In this document: positions 39,799-51,083 of the stretch, in pieces
Numbering within the stretch: the first letter of the stretch is position 1
Layout of the letters: the number at the start of each line of letters is the position of its first letter
Assembly (NCBI GenBank): GCA_964106645.2
Contig: OZ067046.1
Source of the DNA: Podarcis pityusensis
Taxonomy: Eukaryota
Direction: 5' to 3' (one strand)
DNA: 64,000 nt
Translations under genes and position numbers: made by a program
The notes under the pieces: generated by a model
Database searches by the model: none
The model's input: the letters and a program-made list of their open reading frames with translations, nothing else
What the model was told of the DNA's origin: nothing

Positions 39799-40172
39799 NN
39801 NNNNNNNNNNNNNNNNNNNNNNNNNNNNNNNNNNNNNNNNNNNNNNNNNNNNNNNNNNNNNNNNNNNNNNNNNNNNNNNNNNNNNNNNNNNNNNNNNNNN
39901 NNNNNNNNNNNNNNNNNNNNNNNNNNNNNNNNNNNNNNTGTACAGCAGAGGGGGAAATGCTTTTGGTAGAAATTACTNNNNNNNNNNNNNNNNNNNNNNN
40001 NNNNNNNNNNNNNNNNNNNNNNNNNNNNNNNNNNNNNNNNNNNNNNNNNNNNNNNNNNNNNNNNNNNNNNNNNNNNNNNNNNNNNNNNNNNNNNNNNNNN
40101 NNNNNNNNNNNNNNNNNNNNNNNNNNNNNNNNNNNNNNNNNNNNNNNNNNNNNNNNNNNNNNNNNNNNNNNN
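39799..40172. other. Two assembly gaps (N x140 at 39799-39938, N x195 at 39978-40172) around a 39-bp island
   Basis: Runs of n. Confidence 0.99.
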
Positions 40173-40321
40173 ATGGATCCTGTCAACCATGGTGACACAG
40201 AATCAGTACCTTGGAGCATTAAAATTTATTTGCTTCATTTCTGTGGTTGCAGTGATAGCGGGATAGAAAGAGAGTCATATTTAAATTTATGTGAAAATAC
40301 TTTCCTATCCTGCAAGTTTTT

Positions 40322-40329
<8 letters not shown>

Positions 40330-40362
<33 letters not shown>
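40330..40362. repeat. (TG)16 microsatellite
   Basis: Read directly from the sequence. Confidence 0.95.
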
Positions 40363-40364
<2 letters not shown>

Positions 40365-42603
40365 TGACTGTGAAAATGTGAAGTACAAATGCTGTATTTC
40401 AGGGAGGGGGTTGTTTAAATGTAAAAGATTCACAATCATTAAGAGGCAAGAGACTAAGGAAAGTCTGAAGTTACGTGGTACCACCACAGGGGTAGACCCT
40501 CCTGCTTGAGTTGACTACTAGTTTGAAGAGTAGCCCTGCTTGCTTTGGGGTTAGCCTGTTATATTGGAGGGGAATTAGGATATTACATATATAGGAAATT
40601 TGCTTTTTCATAGAGCTACAGGGGACTAAAGACTTATCAGGGCTGTTCTTAAATACTTTGTGTACTGTGTCTCAATACTTAAGTACTCAGACCCTAGGAG
40701 ACAGAACAGTGTCTTGTTATGGTAATTAAAATATGGCCTCAGGAAGATTGGGTGGGGCTAAGAGGCAAAATAGGGAAAGACAGGATATCCCTTATGATAA
40801 TGTAAGAGTAGAAAGCTGTATCTTATTTACTAAGGGATGGAAGGTACTCTTGGAAAATTGTTTCTTTCCATCTTCTCTCTCTCTCTCCATTAGAGGAATT
40901 TTGTGCTTCATGACTTGTGATCCTATGTTCTGAAATGCTTTGATCATTCAAGAGACCAGATTGCTCCAGTTTGTTTTTGTGTTTCCTAACCATGAGGGTG
41001 TCCTATGGACATAGGAAGTCCCATCCTTGGAGAGTGAGACCTGTATTTGGAGGTCTCCTCCCTATTGTCAGAGAAACTTCCACAGCCCTTTCCCTACCAA
41101 TATCAGGTTTCCACTGTTGGTAGGACCAAAACATGGGGGATTTGGGTACATGCTGGGTGTGAACCTGAGAAATGGCTCTAACCAAAGGACCCAACACCTC
41201 AGTCCCCTTACATGCCCCCAAACAAGGTGGTGAGCTCAGTCCACCCTGGAGACCCTTTGATTTCCCTCCCAGTGTTTTCAGTAGGAGGGAAATAGTTAAG
41301 AAAAATCATGGGAGAGGAGTGGAAGAGCTCTCCTCCATTTTGCCAGCAAGAGCCCAGCAGGGTTCTGGATTGGTTGGTCCACTGTCTGTATCACTTCAAG
41401 CAATCCGACAAAGCGATATTGCAGACATGCCTTACACAGTAAAGCATCAGGAGATTTCCAGTGATGGGAGAAGGGGAGAAGGCACAAAAGGCCCAGGACT
41501 CAAGTCCCCTGGCTCACTCCCTAGCAATGCCCCTGACCTGGGAGTAAAACCCACTGAACATAATAGAACTTCCAAGGAAATGGATAAGAGTTTCAATGCC
41601 CTAGTGTGGAAACAGTCTTGGTTTCATCCCCCTGCTGATTTCACTTGCAGAAATTGGCAGGATGGGTGGAAGGATGGGAGGGTAGCAGCAAAGTTCCTTG
41701 CAGGATCCTGAATTTTTGTTCTCATTTGTTTCCTCCGGGTCCATGAACACAGGAACAAAATTGTTAGCACTTGTTTTCCATTTCTTACAAATCAGGTTTG
41801 AATAATAATTTCAAATGTTTCCCCTTTAAAAAAAAACCACAGTGAAAGCAGCCGTCAAACACGGGAACTGGTGCATCTATGGGAAGACTAATGTAACAAT
41901 GTGAACCATTTTTCTGAAATTCACTTTTTAAAAAGCTATGCTTAACTTTTTGAACATTTTAGAAAAGTAGCTGGATTTGCTATGTTTTAAAATATATATA
42001 TTTGTGTGTGCCAAGATGCTGCACAACTTTATACTAAAGAGATCTAATGTTGGTGTTCCTATCGTATTCCATTACATCAGAACTTATGTACTATAAGTGA
42101 TGAAAGAAACTGGAGTGGACAGATGAAAATAAAGATAACCAAATCCTTTTAAGCATAGCACCTTTTGTTCTTTGCTACCCATCTTAAAGATTTTAATTTC
42201 TCAGCAGTGCTTTGCTATTTTTGTTATAGTGGCACCTGCTCCTGTCACTGTCGTTTGAATCACTGCTCCTGTTCCATAGTTACATTAACAAACGCTGTGG
42301 ACTGAAATATCCAAGAGTGGCCTGGGATTTACAATAGGCTTTGTTTCCATGTTTGTAATGTTGTTCAAAGAATTCAGCATCCCTTCTCAGACAAAAGACC
42401 AAAAATCAAATACGCGTGCACATCCTCATGTAGTTTTCTTTTCTTCATTCAAAACTTTGTAGGATTTAATGGCACTACATTGGGCTTGATTTCCAAAAGG
42501 GTTTGGGGCCACAATCCTTTACCCACATACCCAGGAGTAAGCCCTATTCAACTCTATGGGACTTGCCTCTTGAGTAGACATTGTGCTGTTGTAACTGTGT
42601 AAT

Positions 42604-42693
42604 GTTTGTTTGCTTGTTTGTTGCTTGCTTGCTTGCTTGCTTGCTTTCTAACATTCCTGTAACTGTATTACACACACACACACACACACACAC
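42604..42693. repeat. Compound (TTTG/TTGC)n and (CA)11 microsatellites
   Basis: Read directly from the sequence. Confidence 0.9.
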
Positions 42694-43294
42694 GCTTTCT
42701 AACATTCCGGGAAAACTTTATAGCAATAATATGTAACCTGGAGGCCTCTTATAGACCCAACCACCCCAATTCAAGGCACTGCTAGGTAAACAGTCAGTCA
42801 TTCCTTTTGATGCATCAGTTGTCCGAAATGTCCTGGCCAAAGCGGTAAGGATTCCTTTTCCATTCCGAGGTGCAAATGTTCCCCTTTCACTGCAAAGAGA
42901 ACATATTTGTTTGTGGGAAAGAGAGTAGGCTCAGCGACAGTGAGGAATATCATAAATGGGGGAGAAGGTAAGCAATTTGGCATTGAGATAAAGGAAAGCA
43001 AGAGGGTGGGGGAATCTAGGTCACCCCCCAATATTTTGTACAGTTGGCCTCTAGCAGGTTAGAAATTTGCATTCAGCCTCTGGCTGAGAGAATGCTGCTT
43101 TCAAACGGAGGGGAGATTTGTTCTTGGAGTCTCTCCAGCATTCTGTCTCGTTCCTTTTTGCCAAAAGGAAAAGGGGATTTTCTTCACTGCAGAATTAGTT
43201 TTTCTGCCTCCTACTACATCTGTGTCTTCTTGAACTATCTTTTTTCGTTTGTTTTCTTTTTTGAAATCTTAGTGAAATGTTACAAAAAGTATAA

Positions 43295-43552
<258 letters not shown>

Positions 43553-45044
43553 TAGATCTAGGGGGAGAGAGAGATAGGATTAGAGAACTGTTGTGTCCAT
43601 TGCTGTTCAGGTGCTGGCAGAGCCACTCCATGATCATACCAATCTGCAGGCAAGGAGATTAGGCTGGGCTGAATGTGTGCTTTGTGTGGACTTCTGGCAA
43701 TTATTTTGCATGGAAAAAGCACATCAGTAAATAGGACCTGCAGGCATACCCAGAGATGCTCATTGCATCTGAAGCACCGTACCACGTTTTGTCCTTGTAC
43801 AATGCTTTGGTGAGGTTCTCTGCACAATAAAGTATCTGTTCTTCTTCTGCCTAGGTATCATAAATATTGAAGGGAAAGCATTTTAAAAAATCCCAAAGAC
43901 AGGAAATTGTGACTCTTTCATCCATGCATGTGTGCCTAGTAAAGTCTTAAAAGGCCCAGTGGGTGGTTTTATTTCCCCCAAATCTAGTAGGGCATTTGCC
44001 TTTTTCCTCCAAAATGCATCCAAAGTCAGGTCTCTCTTTTGTAGTTTTAATTAATCAGGCGGCAGATTTATTTTGATCATTTGTCATTTTGCCATACCAC
44101 TGTTCTTCTTCTGGTCTTGTAGGTTATTTTTCCAAGAATATTATTCTAATTACATGACAATATTATTATTTTTGTAAATCAGGGAAGTTCATTCTTGGTT
44201 CAGTAGCAATAATTACAATAGATTTTGATGTTGTGCCTGGATAATGGTCTCCTGCTTTGAAAGTAAACATGTCAACTACACCTTGATGTTTATTTTCTAT
44301 CAACTCCTTGGCTTCACTTTGGCATTTCTTTCCTGGTGGAAAACTGTTATCCAGTCATTGTACTCAGCTCTACAGTGACATCCTTCCTTAATTACGATAC
44401 CAACATGTGATTTCTTCATGAAGTAGAATTTAAATATTTAGAGGTTCGTCGACAAGAGGGCGTTTCTATTCCGGCAAGTAGTACTGTAGAAGCCTCCACA
44501 CACCAAAGATCTCATTTTCCCAAACAATGTTGCAAATATATGTTTCTTCATTCGTAATGTATTGAATACAATTAACCCTAATTCTCAAATTTAAGAAACA
44601 CACTTTATGAGAGCATTGTGGTCTGTGTTCCATCTGTTTTGGTAATGCTTTCTCAATAGCCTGTCTGACTGTTTTTTAAAGATGTTTAAATATAAGACGA
44701 ATACCTATATCATGGTTCACAAGCTGTTGGGAACTTTTCACCACACAGTAATGAGTTTTAACATCAAAGGAACCTGACAGCAACACTCACGTTACATATA
44801 TGTGCACATAATTTACATGAGTGCAATTTCTCATATGATTTTTTTTTAAAAAAAAGAAAACAGACCAACAAACACTGTAATTAGGCCTGAAACTGGGTCA
44901 ACCAAATATGGAGAGCTAATGAGACCTTTCAGTACTGTCAGAACTACTACGGTACCAGATCTCACTACTATAAAGCCAACAGGAGTCTTCTCGCAAGGCA
45001 TTTGACAGTGCCAGAGGCTTCTTCAAGAAAGGGGCAGCAAAGCA

Positions 45045-45347
45045 ATGCAACACACAGTTAAACCATGGAATTCACTCCGATAAGAGGCAGTGAGGGCTCC
45101 CAACTTTGGAAAAGGATTCATGGAGGAGAAGGCTTATCAGTGGCTACTAGCCATGATGGCTGTGCTCGTGACTCCATGGTCATAGGCAGTAATGCTTCTG
45201 AATACCGGCTGCTGGAAGCCACAAGAAGGTAGAGTGCTCTTGTGCTCAGGTCCTGCTTGCAGGTTTTCCACAGGCATCTGGATGGCCACTGTGAGAACAG
45301 AATGCTGGACCAGATGTCATTCTGGCAGGCTCTTCTTAAGTTCTTAC
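45045..45347 (+). mobile_element. CR1 LINE 3' end (older family)
   Basis: acacacagttaaaccatggaattcact..ttcatggaggagaaggct.atcagtggctactagccatgatgg..gaatgctggaccagatg..ggctcttcttaagttctta. Confidence 0.8.
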
Positions 45348-46010
45348 TCTCTTCTTTTCTAAGTGTCCAGGGAGGAACTTTCTTCCCGGTGCCACCCTGT
45401 GGCCTGCCTTGGATGCCCAGTGCTGCCATCTTTCTCCTCTAGGAAATGCAATGGTGCCACTCTAAACTTTTCTTAACAGGAAAGGATAACCTAGGATTTT
45501 TTTCTCCCAGGAAATCTGCAACAGATGGCTTCTTAAAAGTTACCAACCTTCATCGTTCGCATTTTATCAGATGTGTGATTCCAGTTCCCTGTCTTTAGGA
45601 ATTGCCAGGAGTGAGAGAGGAGTAGGGTATGCTGCCAGTCAGTGTCAGAGAAATAAGAAAGTGTCATGTCTCCAGGTGTGAGGGAGAGAGAAAAGGAAGA
45701 AACGGTATGTTATAGCCCATCCTGAGGTGACTTGTAGAAAAAAGCTAAAAGTCTTTTTGATCCTTGCTAATCCCAGAAGAAAGAATTCTTGCATAAGGTG
45801 GAGGAGAAGAAAACTAGCAAGATAGTGGGGGAACACCCCTTGTAATTTAGCAGCACAAGACACTCAGGGAAGAGTTGGCCAGAGACACCAGCATCTCCCT
45901 CCTGCTGTAGGAAACCTATCGCCAATTTATTTCAAGTACATTGGGTTGTTTAACTTTGCTGCTGCTTCTTTCAATGCAAACAAACTGATGCTGTGTTTTA
46001 CTGCTTGCAG

Positions 46011-46055
46011 GCACTGAAATTAACAAAGCAGCCCAAGATGCCAGTGAAAGTTTAA
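46011..46055 (+). CDS. SLC10A7: SLC10A7 terminal coding exon (exon 12 equivalent), ALKLTKQPKMPVKV*
   Basis: ctgcttgcag|GCACTGAAATTAACA...GTTTAA; phase 0. KLT aligns with the recalled mammalian tail GVKLTRPTV; an AU-rich UTR-like sequence follows. Confidence 0.88.
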   Translation, partial: ALKLTKQPKMPVKV

Positions 46056-46300
46056 CAGTGGAAGAGATCCAATGAATGTATATATGTACTATTTTGTACA
46101 TACACAGAGACAATTCAGAAGATGGGCATATGTGAATGTTGCTTCGGCATTTATTTTATTTTTATAGATACTTATATATACATATATATATTTAAAATAC
46201 CTACTGAAGTGCCTTAAAATATATTTGACAAAAGCATTGATTCCAAAATCACATGGCTGCTTGGTGTAAGAGGTTGCACTAAAGTTTGGGGTCATTTGAA
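46056..46300 (+). promoter_or_regulatory. SLC10A7: Proximal SLC10A7 3'UTR with Pumilio elements and miR-181/miR-124 seed matches
   Basis: TGAATGTA 46073-46080, TGTATATA 46077-46084, TGTACATA 46095-46102, TGAATGT 46133-46139, GTGCCTTA 46209-46216. Confidence 0.7.
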
Positions 46301-47390
46301 TCCCCCCCCCCTTATTGAGTGAACAGTTCAGACAATGAGAGACTGGAGCTTCCATCCTCACACCTTCTCAGAGGAATTGGGCACAAGCCGCCAAGTGTTT
46401 CTTACTCTCACGTAAGCTCCACTGAACTGAATGAAGTCAGAAGGAGAGCCGTGCTCTGCAGATTCTACTCACCATTCACGTGCATATATTCTAATCCCAG
46501 GCCAAAACAAACCAGGGGCAAGGAACACTCTTCTGGCTGACAACAGGAAAGCAGTTTCTGAAGTTCTAGTCAAGATTAACTTGAATTTCTGTGTGATTCC
46601 GTAACCCTCCCTGCTCCTATGATTATGACATGCCTTTTTCTTCTAAGTTTGTGTACACTCAGCATGGGGCCATCCATTGGAGAGAAACGGAGAAGCATAA
46701 ATTATTTGCATTTGTTGACACAGTTGTCTAGACATTCCTTCAAAGCTAATGGTTTCTCAAGGCAATTCTCTGCATTCCATTTTTATGATTTTATGGCATT
46801 GTATATCTTAAATGCATCGTGAGCATCTTCAAAGAGAAGGCCCGGTGCTTACGGTTGTAAGGGAAGATGTGTGATCTACAAGTGCAGCTAGGAGGGTTTT
46901 TATTAGTAACATTAGTATTATTGGTGTTAACCCAAACTGAGCTAAAAGATCCCCCCTCTTTTCCCCAAATTCAGTACACCATACCCCACAGCGACAGAAG
47001 AATATCCGATGCTAATATTCTCTTTACTGTCGCTTGCAGAGTGGTGTTCTTTGCAGCAAACACAAGCTAGTGAAAATGAAAACCGAATTCTGTAATTAGA
47101 TATTTCCCACAGAAAGCATATATTTGTGTACTCTTTAAATGTTTGAAAGCACTGGTATAAAAGGAGGGATATTTCTGGCCAATTTGGCTGCTGTAGCCTA
47201 AGTGAATTTTTTTAAAGATTAAATATGTTGAGTTTTCTTTATAAAAAGAGTCCAGTATACTAATGATATACACTTACCTGGGAGTAAGTCCTTCATTGGA
47301 ATTTACTTCCATTCCTCATAGAAATTTACATAGGATTGCATTGCTAGTAAGCAGTGTACCTCATTCATGTCAGTTGCCTTTAGGCTAAGG

Positions 47391-47526
47391 CAGGCTTCCT
47401 CAACCTCGGCCCTCCAGATGTTTTGAGACTACAATTCCCATCATCCCTGACCACTGGTCCTGCTAGCTAGGGATCATGGGAGTTGTAGGCCAAAAACATC
47501 TGGAGGGTCGAGGTTGAGGAAGCCTG
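47391..47526. mobile_element. Palindromic hAT-type MITE
   Basis: TIRs CAGGCTTCCTCAACCTCG / CGAGGTTGAGGAAGCCTG; flanked by GGCTAAG(G/A) at 47383-47390 and 47527-47534. Confidence 0.88.
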
Positions 47527-47532
47527 GGCTAA

Positions 47533-47716
47533 GAGGTAGTCAACCTTTTTATACCTACCACCCACTAATGCATCTTTCTCGATGGTAAAATTTCCTTACC
47601 GCCCCCCAGTGCTCGATGGAAGGAGGATTCAGCTTGTGCAGTAGAACCCCCAGCTGTCCACCTAGAGTCCTGAAACGCCCACTAGTGGACGGCAGGGATC
47701 AGGTTGACAACCCCTG
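47533..47716. mobile_element. Second, different hAT-type MITE adjacent to the first
   Basis: Ends (g)aggtagtcaacct / aggttgacaacccctg; followed by GGCTAAGC at 47717-47724. Confidence 0.75.
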
Positions 47717-49665
47717 GGCTAAGCAGTGATCTGAGAGGCAGATAATGCCATTACCCTTGTGAGCTTGGTAATCATGTGGCCCCATCCAGGAGATCCTTAT
47801 GGACCTGGTAGCTTGCACCGCAACCCTGTCCACAAGGTCTTCCTGTTCATAGCCCATTCCACTGAAGTATGTGAAGAAGCCTGCTTGTGCAAGAATGTAT
47901 GTGTACATTCAACCGCATATGGAATTGTGGGAATGATAATGTTGACTTTGACCTCTGTACATCACAATGGAAAGAAAGGGCAGGTTCTTAGGGAATGTCA
48001 TTCAGTTTCAATATTATTGACCTGGCTTGTGCAACAATGTGAGCCAAACTGGCTTAGCAAGAACATGCAACCATGTGGGCTCCCATAGAGGAGCTCACAG
48101 GTACTTTTTGATCCTCCTTAGTCCTCGTTACTGCTGTGCCTACCTAAGCCAAGGTTTGGCTTTGTGTGTTGTCTGAACCAGGACTCATGGTTTCGCTCTT
48201 CCCCTCATTAACTATAATCTGCCGTTTGGCTTACCATGTTGTGCGAAGCTTATTAACTGCACACACAAACTGTTTGAAATACATTCCTCTCCCTATACCC
48301 CAAGACTTGATAATGCATTATTCATCTTGGGATTAACAGTCCTGCCCAGATAATTGTATTTGGTGCCAAGCTGAGTTGCCTTATTATGTTGTCAACAATC
48401 TATATCAATCTGTATAAAATGACTTCCTTGTTGCTTAGGTCAAAATGTGTTTATTGATAGGCCACTTTTCTGAAATGAAGTTACCACTTCTGAATGACAG
48501 CGGTGCAAAAGATCTAAGTGCCCATTAATAAGAATTAAGGTCAGTGAAATTGAGCATAGAAGCTACTGCATTTTGCCAAGTAGATAGCCTCAATCATGTT
48601 TATTTGCATATGGGTCAGAATTATAAAATGGTAACATATCAGGTGTGTTTCTAAGAAGACAGCCTGTAGAGGTACTCCCCAAACTCATCACAAGCTAGAT
48701 TCTCAGTTAAGTGGATCAGATATATGTATTTTTACACACAAATCACAAATTCACTTCGTATACATCTTGATTCAGTTGTCTAAAAATACAGGGAGCCAAA
48801 ACGCCAGGAAAAAAAAAGATAACATGTTTTTCTTTTTGTTTTGACAAATCCTTTCTGGGGCCTCCAAAATACAGGTTATCTTAAGTCCACAATCTTGGCC
48901 ATAAGCTGAGGAAGAAAATGAGACCCATGAGTTTTGTGGCTGACTGTTCCAAAACTGGATGCAATATCGTGTGAATTTCTCTTGTGAGCAAGCCCCATGA
49001 AAATGAGGAGATGCACCACAGTGCAAGGTTTGCTCTTATGCAAATCCAATTCATTTTGATGCCTCTTGCAAATGAAGTATTCCTGGCTGTTTCTTCCACC
49101 ACTGTTAAACTCACAGCCAACTAACTCTTCTGTCTTATCATTTGAGTCATGTCTGCTCTTAAACAGTCGCTACACTGCTACTCATCCAACAGATCTACCT
49201 CAAATTACTACAGTATCATCAGTTCATGACTTTTAACTATGAAAATTTGTCATGGCAATTTCATTGATATTACACTGTATTTAAGGCTTCCAGGGAAAGG
49301 CACTTCTGGCTATAATTGTTTATGGCTTTGAACAGCCTAAATGGTGTTATGTTTCTTCCTCATTTTACACAAGTGAATGTTGGGTGGATTGTTCTTAAAG
49401 GAACATAAAGCAAAACTGAATTACATCCTTTAAGTCCATACTTAGTAGAACTTAATTATTCATATCCAAAATGTTACATTATGTTTAAAGACTGTTAAGA
49501 TGTTCATTTCATGCCTTCAGTTACAAGAGGAGCTCATTGGGTGTTAGTTTGGAAAGAGGCAAACGGATAGGTCTGCAGTTTATTTTTGTAACTTGGGTTC
49601 TTTTTTCTGCCTGGGTAAAGCTTTTGGTTTGTTTCTTTTTAAAGTCTATATGAACACTTTTTAAA

Positions 49666-49671
49666 AATAAA
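49666..49671 (+). terminator. Candidate SLC10A7 polyadenylation signal AATAAA
   Basis: First canonical AATAAA I could find after the stop codon. A T/GT-rich tract follows (tgtttctctctctttttgtgg) and a TGTA lies about 80 nt upstream. No transcript evidence. Confidence 0.35.
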
Positions 49672-49800
49672 AATATCTGATAAAAATGTTTCTCTCTCTT
49701 TTTGTGGATGACATCGAAAAGAGTCAAGCAGGAGATGTAACTGCATGGACCTCTTGTTGTCTGACCTCTTATTCAGATTTGCTGGGGTGTTTGCAGTGTA

Positions 49801-50042
49801 CAGTGGTACCTCGGGTTACATACGCTTCAGGTTAAATATGCTTCAGGTTACAGACTCCGCTAACCCAGAAATAGTGCTTCAGGTTAAGAACTTTGCTTCA
49901 GGATGAGAACAGAAATCGTGCTCCAGCAGCATGGCGGCAGCAGGAGGCCCCATTAGCTAAAGTGGTGCTTCAGGTTAAGAACAGTTTCAGGTTAAGAATG
50001 GACCTCCGGAACGAATTAAGTACTTAACCCAAGGTACCACTG
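49801..50042. mobile_element. Tc1/mariner (Tigger-like) MITE
   Basis: TIRs CAGTGGTACCTCGGGTTA / TAACCCAAGGTACCACTG; TA at 49799-800 and 50043-44; internal GCTTCAGGTTA repeats. Confidence 0.9.
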
Positions 50043-50799
50043 TACAGATCTTGCAGCAGGGTTTGGCTCACTTGTTGATTTCTTCCATTCTCTACTTTGA
50101 GTTGAACATTGTTGGATACATTATTGTTGCCTCTGACTCTGTTTATTTATAAAAGCATTTCTATACCACTGTATCATAAAATATCAAGACAGTGCAACCT
50201 ACAAAACATTTAAAAAATAAATAAATAAAATACGGTTAACCATTCAAGCAACTGGCTAACAAAAAACAAATAGCTGCAAAGGGTTTTCAGCACAAAAAAA
50301 AGTCTTCAAGAGACACCTGAAAGTCAAAAGAGAGGCTGCCCTGTCCTGGTTTCTTATCCATAACTGACTTCTGATTTCTGCTCAATGATTGAAACTAAGA
50401 CCTTCACGTCGAATCTGACTATGGACTAAAACAAACTTATTTCTACTCATAAACTCTTATCTCTAATTCTATAACAAATTATTGTATTATACATATCCTT
50501 GTGAGTTTGAGTTTGTAATCTCTGTTTGAGTTTGCAACTTCTTATTAAGGCAAGTTGGGCCTCTGTAACACAGGAGGCAAGTAACAGCACTCCTCTGGAT
50601 GGCTTCCTAAAACTACAACACCACAAAATTCCAAACAAGGTAAGTAAGAGAGTATAGTCGCTGGACTTTGATATGCAAGTAAAATAATTCAATTTACGTA
50701 GCCTTGCTCAGCTGTTTGGTACTCACAGCTCCCAAATATGTAAAAGTGGGGAGGAAGCTACTTCCAGCACCAGGCCAATTGGCGGACCAACTGTCTGAC

Positions 50800-51083
50800 C
50801 TGAAGGCTTGCAACATCAGTCCTGCCATGTGGAAATCCCTTGCAGACAACCGCCGTGACCAGAGGAGGAATGACCACTGGGAGGAGCCCAGAGAGAAGCA
50901 GTGTCACAGTGCATCTGCAGCAGCACAACTGGACGCCTTCATTGGTCGCAGCTGCAACAAAGCAAGCCTTTCCCGCATCAGTCTCTACAGCCACAGAAGG
51001 CGCTACAACCATCCAACAGCTTGACCTCACCCCAAAGGCGCACTCCTCCATTGTCTCCCTAGAGTCTGGATGCCAACTAATAA
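50800..51083 (+). mobile_element. Second RTE-clade LINE 3' fragment, same family as 34741-35616
   Basis: Shares cctgccatgtgg.aatcccttgcagaca, gtgaccagaggaggaatgac, atcagtctctacagccacag and ctccattgt.tccc..ggatgccaac with the first copy. Confidence 0.85.

Noticed and set aside
39656-40364. Long ORFs spanning 39.7-40.4 kb
   Set aside because: Artefacts of translating N runs.
49808-50000. Spaced GCTTCAGGTTA repeats resembling a CRISPR-like array
   Set aside because: They are subterminal repeats of a TA-flanked MITE with irregular short spacing, in a vertebrate genome.
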